Assembly (NCBI GenBank): GCA_031409655.1 | Contig: JANNXQ010000125.1 | Coordinates: 1 to 13,268, forward strand | Length of the DNA: 13,268 bases | Source: Chthoniobacteraceae bacterium | GTDB taxonomy: Bacteria; Verrucomicrobiota; Verrucomicrobiia; Chthoniobacterales; Chthoniobacteraceae | Direction: 5' to 3' | In this document: positions 1-8,686 of the stretch, piece after piece | Numbering within the stretch: position 1 is the stretch's first letter | How the letters are laid out: every line of letters starts with the position of its first letter | The notes under the pieces: model-generated | Seen by the model: only the letters and a program-made list of their open reading frames with translations | Databases searched by the model: none | Told to the model about the DNA's origin: nothing | Translations under genes and position numbers: made by a program

Positions 1-1713
1 GTTGAAGCGTGCGTTGGGCGCGGTGTCGCAATGGTCGAGGAAGTCCATTCCTTCGGCATTGGCGGGGATGTTGTCCGTCCATTTGAAATCGAAGCGCAGG
101 GGTTTGTCGGCAGACATGCCGAGTGCTGAGCGCTCAACGGCAAGATGAAGCTCGTTCGTGCCGACTTGCAGCTTTGCCGTGCCTGCGGGCTCCCAGGCTT
201 TGCCATTCCAGCGCTCGATGCTGGCAGTGTCGGGAGTGCCGCGGGTGTGATTGAGGCGGTAGTCGTAGCCGAGGTGTCCGGTCTTCGCGTCTTGATCGGT
301 GTCGAGCAGCAGGACCATCCAGTCGGCATCGGTGACGGGCGTGAGCGGGCTGCGGGTGCGGATGTGGAAGAAAAGATGCGTGGCATCATGGGCGACGTGC
401 ATGGTGTCGAGGTCGTTGCGGCCTGTCTTGTTCGTGTAGCGGCCTGCGCCGGGGACGCCGTCGTGATCGCGATGCGTGGTGTCGTGAACGTCGTCGAGAT
501 AGGCAGGCTTCACGTCGGCCCACTGCGCGAAGTCACCGGGGATGGCGATGGTCTTCGCAGGCGAGGCGGTGGGCGGCGGACGTGTGCCTTTGTAGCGGCG
601 GATATTGGCGATCATTTGCCAGTAGTAGTTGTCGCCGAAGCCGCCGCGCATGGGCTCGATGTCGCGGCTGAACTCGGGGTCGTAGAGATCGACAAAGAAG
701 GTCTCGCCAGCAGGCAGCACCCGACCTTGGAAACCCATGGTGCCATCGGAGAGGAAGCGCTGAGCCACCCATTCATTCCAGCCGGTGATGAAGATGAACT
801 CGGGATCGTGCGGCAGAGCGTGTTTCCATTGCTCGTCAAAATAGAGACCTTCACTTGGGCGACAGTCGGCGGACGCTGGCTGGCGGCTTCCATGAAAGCT
901 GCGTCCGATGTTTCCGGTGATGTGCTGGCTCACACCGACAGGCACGCATTCGGCTTTATTGGGCGCGTCATGCCAGCCGGGCACTTGCGGCGCGGAGTCT
1001 AGCCACGGCCACTTGTCTTTGCCATCGCCGAACCACGCTTGACCACGTGTCCAAGCCCAGGAGGTGCGGATGGTGAAGAAGGCCTTCACCTCCTCGCTGA
1101 GTCCTTCTGTCGGCGTGAGGAGGAGCGGCCTGCCCTTCCACTGAAACCACAGTTCGCGATGTTTGCCGGGCTTGTAAAAGGTCTCCCACAAATGCTGCAC
1201 GACCGGGTTGTGCTGCGCATAGAGGAACATGGCGATCTGCGGCACGCGATGCCCTTCCGACTTCATTTGCGCCAGCACCACGCACAGCGCCTCGCGTTCA
1301 GCGTCATAAGTCAGGGCGTTCGTGGCATCGAGAATGAGCACATCCACGCCTGCATCCGTGAGCATCTGCACGTGCTTGCGGATTACCCACGGATCATCGG
1401 GCCGATAGTAGCCAAAGCGCGGCTCGCTCCAGTAGTGCGGCGCCCCCACCGGTCCCCACGGCGGCGCCGCAGGATTGGCCGCGAGGATCTTCGCGATGTC
1501 ATGCACCTCCTTATTTCCAAACGCGGCATGCCAGTTGAAGTAAAAAATGCCCACCGTGCGGTTCGGCTTCGGTGTGCCAACTTCCGCGCTCATTGGCAGC
1601 ACACGCCCCAGCGCATCCGAGGCGGCCCAAGTGTCCGGCATGGTGTCACGCGGCTCGGCGGCGTGGAGTGAGGTCAGCAGATGAAGGCAGAGAGTGAGAA
1701 TCGAGAAACGCAT
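1..1713 (-). CDS. Secreted GH99/GH71-like glycoside hydrolase with a C-terminal beta-sandwich (CBM9/DOMON-like) domain; 3' end lies outside the window
   Basis: Absent from the ORF track because no stop falls in the window. Manual translation from ATG at 1713 is open for 571 codons: MRFSILTLCLHLLTSLHA-AEPRDTMPDTWAASDALGR (Sec-type signal), VGIFYFNWH, HYWSEPRFGYYRPDDPWVIRKHVQMLTDAGVDVLILDATN, LWFQWKGRPLLL, FIFITGWNEWVAQRF, FSRDIEPMRGGFGDNYYWQM. These resemble GH99/GH71-like barrel motifs. The C-terminal part reads GRNDLDTMHVAHDATHLFFHIRT...LLLDTDQDAKTGHLGYDYRLN...DTAPNARFN. Confidence 0.85.
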   Translation of the reverse strand, partial: MRFSILTLCLHLLTSLHAAEPRDTMPDTWAASDALGRVLPMSAEVGTPKPNRTVGIFYFNWHAAFGNKEVHDIAKILAANPAAPPWGPVGAPHYWSEPRFGYYRPDDPWVIRKHVQMLTDAGVDVLILDATNALTYDAEREALCVVLAQMKSEGHRVPQIAMFLYAQHNPVVQHLWETFYKPGKHRELWFQWKGRPLLLTPTEGLSEEVKAFFTIRTSWAWTRGQAWFGDGKDKWPWLDSAPQVPGWHDAPNKAECVPVGVSQHITGNIGRSFHGSRQPASADCRPSEGLYFDEQWKHALPHDPEFIFITGWNEWVAQRFLSDGTMGFQGRVLPAGETFFVDLYDPEFSRDIEPMRGGFGDNYYWQMIANIRRYKGTRPPPTASPAKTIAIPGDFAQWADVKPAYLDDVHDTTHRDHDGVPGAGRYTNKTGRNDLDTMHVAHDATHLFFHIRTRSPLTPVTDADWMVLLLDTDQDAKTGHLGYDYRLNHTRGTPDTASIERWNGKAWEPAGTAKLQVGTNELHLAVERSALGMSADKPLRFDFKWTDNIPANAEGMDFLDHCDTAPNARFN

Positions 1714-1757
1714 GGGTGGCAGTCTGGACAAGTTCGAGATTTCAAAACGGAGCGAAC

Positions 1758-3101
1758 TCAAACTGCCGAGAGGTTGTTAGCCACCACGACATTGGCTTTC
1801 TCCGCGTGCTCGACGCGCAGCGTGCCGGTGATGAGGTTCTCGGTGATGATGGCGCTGCGCACGGCTTCACCGAGGGTGATTTGGGGTTTGTCCTCTTTGA
1901 ACTCGCAGCCTCTCACCAGCAGCTTGCCGCTGTGGCTGTGAATGGCGGCGCGGTCGTTGTGGCGTGACCAGTGGACGAAGGTGCAGTCGCTGAAGCCCAA
2001 GGTTCCCGTCCCTTTGATGCGTGCGATCTGATTGCACGGCCCCCAGAAGCCGCAGTTGTTGAAGCGCACGCTGCCGGTGTGCGTCTCGGTCACGTCGATC
2101 ATTATCGCCTCGCCGGGGAAGGCGACGAACTGCCCGTTGGTGATCAACAAGCCGAAGGGCGCGGTTTCCTCGATCTTCACCGCGATGGAGCATGCATCCG
2201 CCGCGATGCCGAGAAAGCTGCCGTGGCTGGGTCCGCGGGTCGGTCCCTCTCCATGCGTGATGAAGCGGTAGCCGATGCTATAGCCCCAGCAGAAGGTGTT
2301 GGTGCACATCTGCCAGTCGCTGCGGCCAAACTCAAAGGCCACGGCCTGGCGCTGCACATACTTCCGGATGGGGGAGGCCGGATCGGCGTTCCAGAAAGGC
2401 CAGAAGTGGACGTTCTCGATGCGGCCCACGTCGAGGTTTTGGCTGACGAAGATGCCACGATGCAGCACATCGCCATACACGTTGCGGATGAAGTGGCGGC
2501 CGGTGACGCGATGGCCGAAATCAATGCCCTGGTAACAGTTGGCGAGAAAGACGTTCTCCACCGCGCAGTTGTCCGCGCCTGCCGCCGCCGAGGCAATGGT
2601 CCAAGGATACGCGATGGGCGGGTCCGTGGGTGTTTGACGCGGATGATGAATGGCAAGACCACGCACCGCGCTGTTCCCCGTGAGCCGGATGAATGCTGGT
2701 GCATTGGCATCGCCATGACCATGGGTGGTGAGCAGATTCGATCCCGCCGCCGAGCCCGCCGCACCGGGCGGCCCCTTCCAAGGCTGCGAGATGGGAGCGG
2801 TCCAGGTGCCTTGCAAACAAACGCCGTGCGGAACCAGCAGGCTGCCTTCGAGCAGATAGCTGCCCGCTGGCACCCACACGCTACCGCCTCCTGCTGCGTG
2901 TGCAGCATCCAGTGCTTTTTGAAAAGCCGCTGTGTCATCGCTCGTGCCATCGCCCTTCGCGCCGAAGCTGCGGACGTTGAAATGATCGGTGCTAGTCGCG
3001 TCACTTTCAGCGGCGTGCCCGGAGGAAGGGATCGAAGCCGCGAGCAAGGCGAGTCCGGCAGTGGTGAAGGCCTCGCGGCGTGTGGTGGGTGGTGGTGTCA
3101 T
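1758..3101 (-). CDS. Tat-exported right-handed beta-helix protein (pectate lyase 3 / GH28-related N-terminal motif), putative polysaccharide-degrading enzyme
   Basis: ORF 1758..3197 with the start moved to ATG 3101, which gives a twin-arginine signal (MTPPPTTRREAFTTAGLALLAA...GHA) and removes the overlap with the upstream gene. It has the typical FNVRSFGAKGDGTSDDTAAFQKALDAA...GGGSVWVPAGSY start, followed by beta-helix-like repeats (VENVF, IRNVY, IENVHF, FNNCGF, FSDCTF, VRGCEF). 447 aa. Confidence 0.85.
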   Translation of the reverse strand: MTPPPTTRREAFTTAGLALLAASIPSSGHAAESDATSTDHFNVRSFGAKGDGTSDDTAAFQKALDAAHAAGGGSVWVPAGSYLLEGSLLVPHGVCLQGTWTAPISQPWKGPPGAAGSAAGSNLLTTHGHGDANAPAFIRLTGNSAVRGLAIHHPRQTPTDPPIAYPWTIASAAAGADNCAVENVFLANCYQGIDFGHRVTGRHFIRNVYGDVLHRGIFVSQNLDVGRIENVHFWPFWNADPASPIRKYVQRQAVAFEFGRSDWQMCTNTFCWGYSIGYRFITHGEGPTRGPSHGSFLGIAADACSIAVKIEETAPFGLLITNGQFVAFPGEAIMIDVTETHTGSVRFNNCGFWGPCNQIARIKGTGTLGFSDCTFVHWSRHNDRAAIHSHSGKLLVRGCEFKEDKPQITLGEAVRSAIITENLITGTLRVEHAEKANVVVANNLSAV

Positions 3102-3159
3102 GGCGTGATCGTGGTAGGCCTTAGGGGTTGTTCGCTCAAAGGCACTGAAGGGGTTCGAT

Positions 3160-4578
3160 TCACGACAAGACCTCCTTGATGACGCGCCCATGCACATCCG
3201 TGAGGCGCATATCGCGGCCGCCGTGGCGGAATGTGAGGCGGGTGTGGTCGAGGCCCATTTGATTCAGGATGGTGGCGTGGATGTCGTGGACGCTGACGGG
3301 ATTGAGGACGGCATTCGCGCCGAACTCGTCCGTCTCGCCATAGGCGGTGCCGCCTTTGAATCCGCCGCCGGCCATAAAGAGGCTGTAGCCGCTGACGTGG
3401 TGGTCGCGACCTGCGGCAGCGGTGACGGCGGGCGTGTGCGGGGTGCGGCCCATTTCTCCGGCCCAGAGGACGATGGTTTCATCGAGCAGGCCGCGCTGAT
3501 GGAGGTCGGTGATGAGCGCGGCCACGGATTGCTCGGTGATGCGGGCGTTCTTTTCGTGGTTGGTCTTGAGCTGGGCGTGCTGGTCCCACGGCGAGTTGTT
3601 GCCGTCGAAACTCGGGCAGGTGATTTCCACAAAGCGCACGCCGGCCTCGACGAGTCGCCGCGCCCGAAGCGCCTGCGTGGCGTAGAGGCGCTGGTGTTCA
3701 TCCGTGGAGTTGAGGCCGTAGAGTTTGCGAATGTGCTCCGGCTCGCGGCTGATGTCGGCGATGTCGGGCACGGTGCTCTGCATGAGGAACGCGGTCTCGT
3801 AGTTGGCGATGGCGGCTTCGATGCCTTGCGCGTCGGAGCTTTGCGCGGCGAAGGCAGTGTTTTGTCCGGCGAGCAGCGCGAGTTTGCGCCGCTGGGTCGC
3901 GGCGGCGTCACCCGGCGCGATGTTGTCCACGGGCGTGCCTTTCGCCCGCATCGTGGTGGCCTGATGACTCGCGGGCAGGAAGGAGCTGCCGAAGTTTTCC
4001 AGCCCGCCATTCGGCACCCAGTCGTTGTTCAGCAGCACGTAGCCGGGCAGGTTTTTGTTCTCGGTGCCGAGACCGTAGGACAGCCATGCGCCGAGGCTGG
4101 GGGCCTGTCCGCCGATGCGTCCGGTGTGCAGCAAAAGATTCGACTGACCATGCAGCGGGATTTCACCCACCATCGAGCGCACCACGCAGAGATGGTCCGC
4201 CACGCCTGCGAGATGCGGGAACAAATCACTCACCCACAGCCCGCTCTGCCCGCGCTGCTTGAACTCCCACGGACTGCCCAGCCACACGCGGCCCGCATTG
4301 GAATCCGAGCGCTTCGAGGTCCAGCTCGTGCCGATGGGCTGGCCCTGATGTTTCTTGAGCATGGGCTTGTAATCAAAGGTGTCCACATGGCTCGGCCCGC
4401 CATCCATGAAGCAAAAGATGACGTTCTTCGCCTTCGCCGCGAAGTGGGTGGCCGCGCTGGCCTCGCGGGAAAACAATCCATTCAGCGCGAGCATGCCGAA
4501 TCCGGCCGATGCCTGCTGAAGAAAGCCACGCCGGGTGAAGGCGGGTGGAATGGAGCCGGGACAGGTGGTGTTGCTCAT
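3160..4578 (-). CDS. DUF1501 domain-containing protein (Tat-exported, alkaline phosphatase/sulfatase-like superfamily)
   Basis: 472 aa. Tat signal TRRGFLQQASAGFGMLAL; family motifs AKAKNVIFCFMDGGPSHVDTFDYKP, ARRLVEAGVRFVEI, WDQH, GLLDETIVLWAGEMGRTP, GRDHH, HDIHATIL, RLTDVHG. Its ATG overlaps the upstream stop (ATGA at 4578-4575). Confidence 0.93.
   Translation of the reverse strand: MSNTTCPGSIPPAFTRRGFLQQASAGFGMLALNGLFSREASAATHFAAKAKNVIFCFMDGGPSHVDTFDYKPMLKKHQGQPIGTSWTSKRSDSNAGRVWLGSPWEFKQRGQSGLWVSDLFPHLAGVADHLCVVRSMVGEIPLHGQSNLLLHTGRIGGQAPSLGAWLSYGLGTENKNLPGYVLLNNDWVPNGGLENFGSSFLPASHQATTMRAKGTPVDNIAPGDAAATQRRKLALLAGQNTAFAAQSSDAQGIEAAIANYETAFLMQSTVPDIADISREPEHIRKLYGLNSTDEHQRLYATQALRARRLVEAGVRFVEITCPSFDGNNSPWDQHAQLKTNHEKNARITEQSVAALITDLHQRGLLDETIVLWAGEMGRTPHTPAVTAAAGRDHHVSGYSLFMAGGGFKGGTAYGETDEFGANAVLNPVSVHDIHATILNQMGLDHTRLTFRHGGRDMRLTDVHGRVIKEVLS
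4547..4568. repeat. 22-bp direct repeat, copy 1 (within the first codons of the intact DUF1501 gene)
   Basis: GGAATGGAGCCGGGACAGGTGG, identical to 8691-8712; ends 10 nt from the A of ATG 4578. Confidence 0.95.
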
Positions 4579-5699
4579 TTGGTAGTGCCTTGGTTCGGAC
4601 TAATGGGAAGGTCAAACTTCCAAGTGATGGCGCAGGTCGGACCGGCGATGTGACTTGGCTGGTTGTCGCGCTCGCGGTAAGTCGCGCCGGAGATGGCGAC
4701 GGTGCCAGGGGCGTCCTTGGCATGAAGCCAGCGGCGCTGGGGATCGGTGAGGATGCCGAGGCCTTCGCCAAATATTTTGCCGGGCAGATCGGTGGTGAGG
4801 ATATGGCAGTCATCCAAGAACTTAAAGTCGGTGGAGAAGGACACAAAGCGCACCTGCACTCCGCGCGCCGGGTGGCTTTCGTTGAGCACCATGACCATGT
4901 GATTGCTGCGCGGGTCATAGACCAGATCGTTGCTGCATCCGTAAAGGCGGCGCGGGAGCCGGGTCACCTGCTCGTGCTGGATGAAGTCGGGTTTCCGGCT
5001 GCGGATCACGCCGAGATAGTTGGTCATGTCATCGGCGTATTGGTTGTCCGCGCTGTAGGTGTAGAGCATGTAATACCAACCGTCGGGGCCGAGTGTGACC
5101 GCTGGCTGCCCCACACCGTAGCCAATGACGGGCTTGTAAGCCTTGCCCATATCCACGATTGGCAGCCCATCGTTCAGCAGCGCAAACTTCCGCCCGTCTT
5201 TGCTGAAGGCGACCATCACATAGCCCTGCCCGTTGGGCCAGCGGTCGGATTTACCTGCACCGGTGTAGTAAAGGTAGTAGCCATCCTCGGCGGCGATGAC
5301 ACAGGGGTCGCAGCAGTGATCTTGGTCCGCCACGGGTTCAGCGCGGCGCGGCTCCAGCGCGATCTCCCACGGTTGCTGATCGAGTTCACTCAAAGACTTG
5401 GCCTGCTTGTAGGAAATGGTGTCCCCGTTCCAGCCCACGCCTGCCCACATTTTGAATAGCTGGTCACGCGGATCGAATAGCAGCGTCGGACCATAGGCAT
5501 AGGGGTAAACGCCTGGCCGCGCGACGAGGGTGCCGCCCACGCGCTCGTGGATCGGGTGCGTGCCGTCGTTGGGATCGAGTTGATGGCTGCTCACCACGGG
5601 CGCAGGCACGAGACGCTGCGCGTGGACTGCATCTGGGACGAAAAGGCCGAGGGCACCTAACGAGGTGATCAAGATGAGAAATGATGGGTGGGGTTTCAT
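4575..5699 (-). CDS. Secreted five-bladed beta-propeller glycoside hydrolase-like protein (GH43/32/62/68/117/130 superfamily)
   Basis: ORF 4575..5852 with the start moved to ATG 5699 (MKPHPSFLILITSLGALGLFVPDAVHA signal peptide), 22 bp after the upstream stop. Blade motifs: YAYGPTLLFD...FKMW, HCCDPCVI...GYYLYYTG, VMVAFSKDG, YGVGQPAV...GWYYMLYT. 374 aa. Confidence 0.75.
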   Translation of the reverse strand: MKPHPSFLILITSLGALGLFVPDAVHAQRLVPAPVVSSHQLDPNDGTHPIHERVGGTLVARPGVYPYAYGPTLLFDPRDQLFKMWAGVGWNGDTISYKQAKSLSELDQQPWEIALEPRRAEPVADQDHCCDPCVIAAEDGYYLYYTGAGKSDRWPNGQGYVMVAFSKDGRKFALLNDGLPIVDMGKAYKPVIGYGVGQPAVTLGPDGWYYMLYTYSADNQYADDMTNYLGVIRSRKPDFIQHEQVTRLPRRLYGCSNDLVYDPRSNHMVMVLNESHPARGVQVRFVSFSTDFKFLDDCHILTTDLPGKIFGEGLGILTDPQRRWLHAKDAPGTVAISGATYRERDNQPSHIAGPTCAITWKFDLPISPNQGTTK

Positions 5700-5721
5700 A
5701 GGCTTTGATTTGACGAATGCA

Positions 5722-8640
5722 TCAGCGGTTGAGAAAGACTTCAGCATCCGTCTGTCGCTGCTCGGGCAAGATCTGCAACTGGAGCATCTTTCCATTGCGC
5801 ACCGTGCCTTCGACGGAAGTTTGACCGGGCGCGTGAAGCTTGAACTCCACATCCCAGTGCTTTGGCCACGCGGGCAGAACGAGGATTTTTGGTCCGTCCG
5901 CCTGCAGCAGCATGTGCTGCAACGTGTTGATGAGATTGGCCCCGTGGTCCTGGTCGGGAACCCAGTCGTAATTGGGACCCCACATGATGGGGAAGCGGAA
6001 GCGCGCGTGATTTATCTTCACGTTGGTAGCCAGGATTTGCGCCGCTTCATCCGCGAGGCCGAGACAGGCGGCCTGCATGCCGCTCTGATGCCAGCCCCAG
6101 CCTTCCTTGTTCAAGCGCCGTGCAAAGGTGGCCCGCGCGATGTCGAGTCCGGGCCGGTCCAGCCCGAAAACCCGATACGGGAAAACGGGGTAAAGTTCCG
6201 GGTTCTCGAAGTTGCTCCGCGCGCAGTGAATCTCCTCAGCGAAATCAATGACCGTGGCGTTCTCCACCTTCTTCAGCGGGATCTCGGGCAGCGCGGGCTG
6301 CAAGACACGGCACAAGTGGATGAGTGAATCCGGCAGTAGTCCGCCGGGTAGCGCCAGCAGGCGATTTACGTTTTGCCGCAGAGCGGCGACGTCCGGGGTC
6401 GGATTCACGACGTTGGCCCAGGTTTCGAGTGACTGCGCCGGAGTGATGCGGAGCAAGCCCCTGGTATCGCGTCCAAAGCGCGTGTGGTAGAAGCGCAGAT
6501 ACTGCTCCGCCATCGGGGCCAGTCGCTCGCGCACGAACTGCGCATCACCGGTGTGCTCATGGTAGTCGAGCATCATGTGAATGAGTTCGAGACCCGGCTG
6601 CCAGTAGTAACGCATCACCCCGTTTTCGGTCTCGCCTTTGGCCAGAGAAGCGGGCCGCGCATAGCCATAGTCTCCGACGGACATCATGCCCCAAAAGCTC
6701 GCGCATTCGGCCAGGAACGCACCTTCGCAGCCGAACCAGGCCTTGGTGCGGGCCTGCTCCACTGGCAGTCGATTGAAATACATGTCGAAAAGCGGCCGCA
6801 TCATATCGTAATCGCCGCTTGCGAGCATGGTCCAGTAAGGCAGCCGGGTGTTCTGCCACCAGTAGTCGCCTCCCCAGAGGCGACCGTCGGGGCCGTAAGC
6901 CGTGCCGTTCACGAACTTCGTATCCACGGTGAAAAGCGAACCATTGAACTTGATCGGAAACTCGCCACGACTGGAGCAGGCGAACAGCCATCGCTGAAGT
7001 GCCCAGGTCTGTGTGAGCCTCCGCGCCAATGTCTCGCCATCATCCATTGAGCTAACTTCAGCCGCCACCTCGCGGCCATTGACATAGAGCCGCCGACCAC
7101 CTTTGCCGAAAGTCGCGGCAACGTGCGTCCACTGGCCGATAGGCAGCGTGTCCGCATGGCCGAGGGTTCCACTCTGGGTGATCAGGCGCAGTGAGTTGCC
7201 AGGGTAAGTGTCCAGGAGATAACCATCGGCGGAACCCGCGACGCACTTGTCAATGAGGCGCGACCCTTCTTGCGGCAACGCCTCGACGGCGATCCATGCT
7301 TCGAGCGTGCCTGCCTGCGTCAAGTCCAGGGCGGCATCCTGCGCGACCTCCAGGAAGCCGCCGCCGTCGAAGCGTAGAGCGCGGCGACCCGCATACTCAT
7401 CCACGCGCAGGTTGCCACTCACCCTGGCTGTCAGCGATGCGCCCATGGCATTAGGCACGCCTCCATCGGCGAGTTGACCGAGCGTCCAGTCCGCCAGCGC
7501 GCCCTCTGGGGTCGCGGCTTGCGGCTTGGCTGCGAGGTTTGTGATTTCCGCTGGAGAAAGGTCGCGTGTGAACAGGCGAACGCGCTCCATGAAGCCTTTG
7601 AAAAGGCTGCCGCCGCTCGAGTCAGCGCCGATCCGCAAGGGCGTCTTGTTGCTCGTCGTCTCCGCCAACGGGGCACGAGTCACGCGAATATAACTGCGTT
7701 CCCAGAAATCCTGCCACCATCGCTGGTGCGCCGCGCGGGCTGTTTCGAGTTCTATCGCTTCACTCCGCGCCACTTGCGCATCCAGCTTCGACAGCCAGCC
7801 CTCCGGCGTGTCTGTCTGGGCCGTGAGCGAATGCACAGAAACGAGGTGACGCCTCGCCAGTGCCACACTGCGGAGTGTGAGTCTGTCGATACGCTGCAAG
7901 TCATGACCCGACATGGCAGCGCCAAACGTCCGCTTGACCAGCGGATCCTTAAACTGACCCGCCACGTCCGCCATTCCTTGCTGTTGGAAGGCATAGGCAT
8001 AATTCGAGTCCTCGTTGCGATGATGCCAGACGACTCGTGGTCCGACATTTTCCAACACCGTGTCCGGCGTCATCCACACCGGCACCGGTGTCGGCTTCCG
8101 GAGGACGGCACCGTCCGCGCCGCCCATGTGCCAGGAATAGTAAAACAGCTCATCCCCGCTCTGCTGCCGCTTCTCCGTGCGCCAATTCTCCAGACGCGCC
8201 GTCAACTCCGTGGGCTGTTCGGTTTCCACCTCGACCCGGACGACGGGATGCCGCGCGTCCACCCATACGCGCACCGTCACGCGGCGGCCCGCCTCGCCAG
8301 CCTGAACGCGAATCTCGCCCTCTCGCAGGCGGAGTTCCTGCCGGAACGGCGCACCTTGCGTGAAGGGATTCGGCGTCAACGAGACTCGGACGGCTCCCAG
8401 CTTGAGCAAAGAGCCATTCTGATCCCAGGCATCCGTTTTGGAAATGTAAAAGCACAGTTGGCCATCCTCCTCGACCCACACGTTGAGAGCCGTGTCGCCA
8501 TTGCCGATCGGCATCGATCCCGCCGCATCCTTGCTCGGCGAGTTCCAGATCACATTTGAGTCATCGACGGGATGCGCGAATGCGTTTGAAGACGCTACTG
8601 CTAAAGCGGCGAGAGCAAGTAACAAAAGGGTTAGTTTCAT
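5722..8640 (-). CDS. Secreted DUF5703 / GH95-like glycoside hydrolase with an inserted LamG-like jellyroll domain
   Basis: ORF 5722..8652; ATG 8640 (MKLTLLLLALAALAVASSNAFA) is the more signal-like start and 8652 is an alternative. N-terminus VIWNSPSKDAAGSMPIGNGDTALNVWVE...LLKLGAVRV is DUF5703/GH95-N-like. The catalytic region has PIKFNGSLF, WGGDYWWQNTRLPYW, PAQSLET, ENPELYPVFPY, WVPDQDHG and MLLQ...LPAWPKHWDVEFKLHAPG. LamG-like insert at about 7063-7641. Confidence 0.82.
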   Translation of the reverse strand: MKLTLLLLALAALAVASSNAFAHPVDDSNVIWNSPSKDAAGSMPIGNGDTALNVWVEEDGQLCFYISKTDAWDQNGSLLKLGAVRVSLTPNPFTQGAPFRQELRLREGEIRVQAGEAGRRVTVRVWVDARHPVVRVEVETEQPTELTARLENWRTEKRQQSGDELFYYSWHMGGADGAVLRKPTPVPVWMTPDTVLENVGPRVVWHHRNEDSNYAYAFQQQGMADVAGQFKDPLVKRTFGAAMSGHDLQRIDRLTLRSVALARRHLVSVHSLTAQTDTPEGWLSKLDAQVARSEAIELETARAAHQRWWQDFWERSYIRVTRAPLAETTSNKTPLRIGADSSGGSLFKGFMERVRLFTRDLSPAEITNLAAKPQAATPEGALADWTLGQLADGGVPNAMGASLTARVSGNLRVDEYAGRRALRFDGGGFLEVAQDAALDLTQAGTLEAWIAVEALPQEGSRLIDKCVAGSADGYLLDTYPGNSLRLITQSGTLGHADTLPIGQWTHVAATFGKGGRRLYVNGREVAAEVSSMDDGETLARRLTQTWALQRWLFACSSRGEFPIKFNGSLFTVDTKFVNGTAYGPDGRLWGGDYWWQNTRLPYWTMLASGDYDMMRPLFDMYFNRLPVEQARTKAWFGCEGAFLAECASFWGMMSVGDYGYARPASLAKGETENGVMRYYWQPGLELIHMMLDYHEHTGDAQFVRERLAPMAEQYLRFYHTRFGRDTRGLLRITPAQSLETWANVVNPTPDVAALRQNVNRLLALPGGLLPDSLIHLCRVLQPALPEIPLKKVENATVIDFAEEIHCARSNFENPELYPVFPYRVFGLDRPGLDIARATFARRLNKEGWGWHQSGMQAACLGLADEAAQILATNVKINHARFRFPIMWGPNYDWVPDQDHGANLINTLQHMLLQADGPKILVLPAWPKHWDVEFKLHAPGQTSVEGTVRNGKMLQLQILPEQRQTDAEVFLNR

Positions 8641-8686
8641 CCGAGAAGGCATCGTGGGCGTTAAGAGCGTGGTTACAGATAAGATA

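Noticed and set aside
1731..1758. AGTTCG...CGAACT inverted repeat as a terminator
   Set aside because: The stem is only 6 bp with a 16-nt loop and there is no U-tract.
3123..3155. AGGGGTT direct repeat in the 3102-3159 intergenic region
   Set aside because: It is only 7 bp, with no supporting promoter context, so chance is a sufficient explanation.
3102..3197. N-terminal extension of the 479-aa ORF
   Set aside because: It overlaps the DUF1501 3' end and buries the Tat signal; ATG 3101 fits better.
3160..4578. Calling the DUF1501 protein a formylglycine-dependent sulfatase
   Set aside because: No C/S-x-P-x-R motif appears in the expected N-terminal region, so only the family-level call is supported.
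5700..5852. N-terminal extension of the 425-aa ORF
   Set aside because: It overlaps the DUF5703 gene, and the signal peptide begins at ATG 5699.
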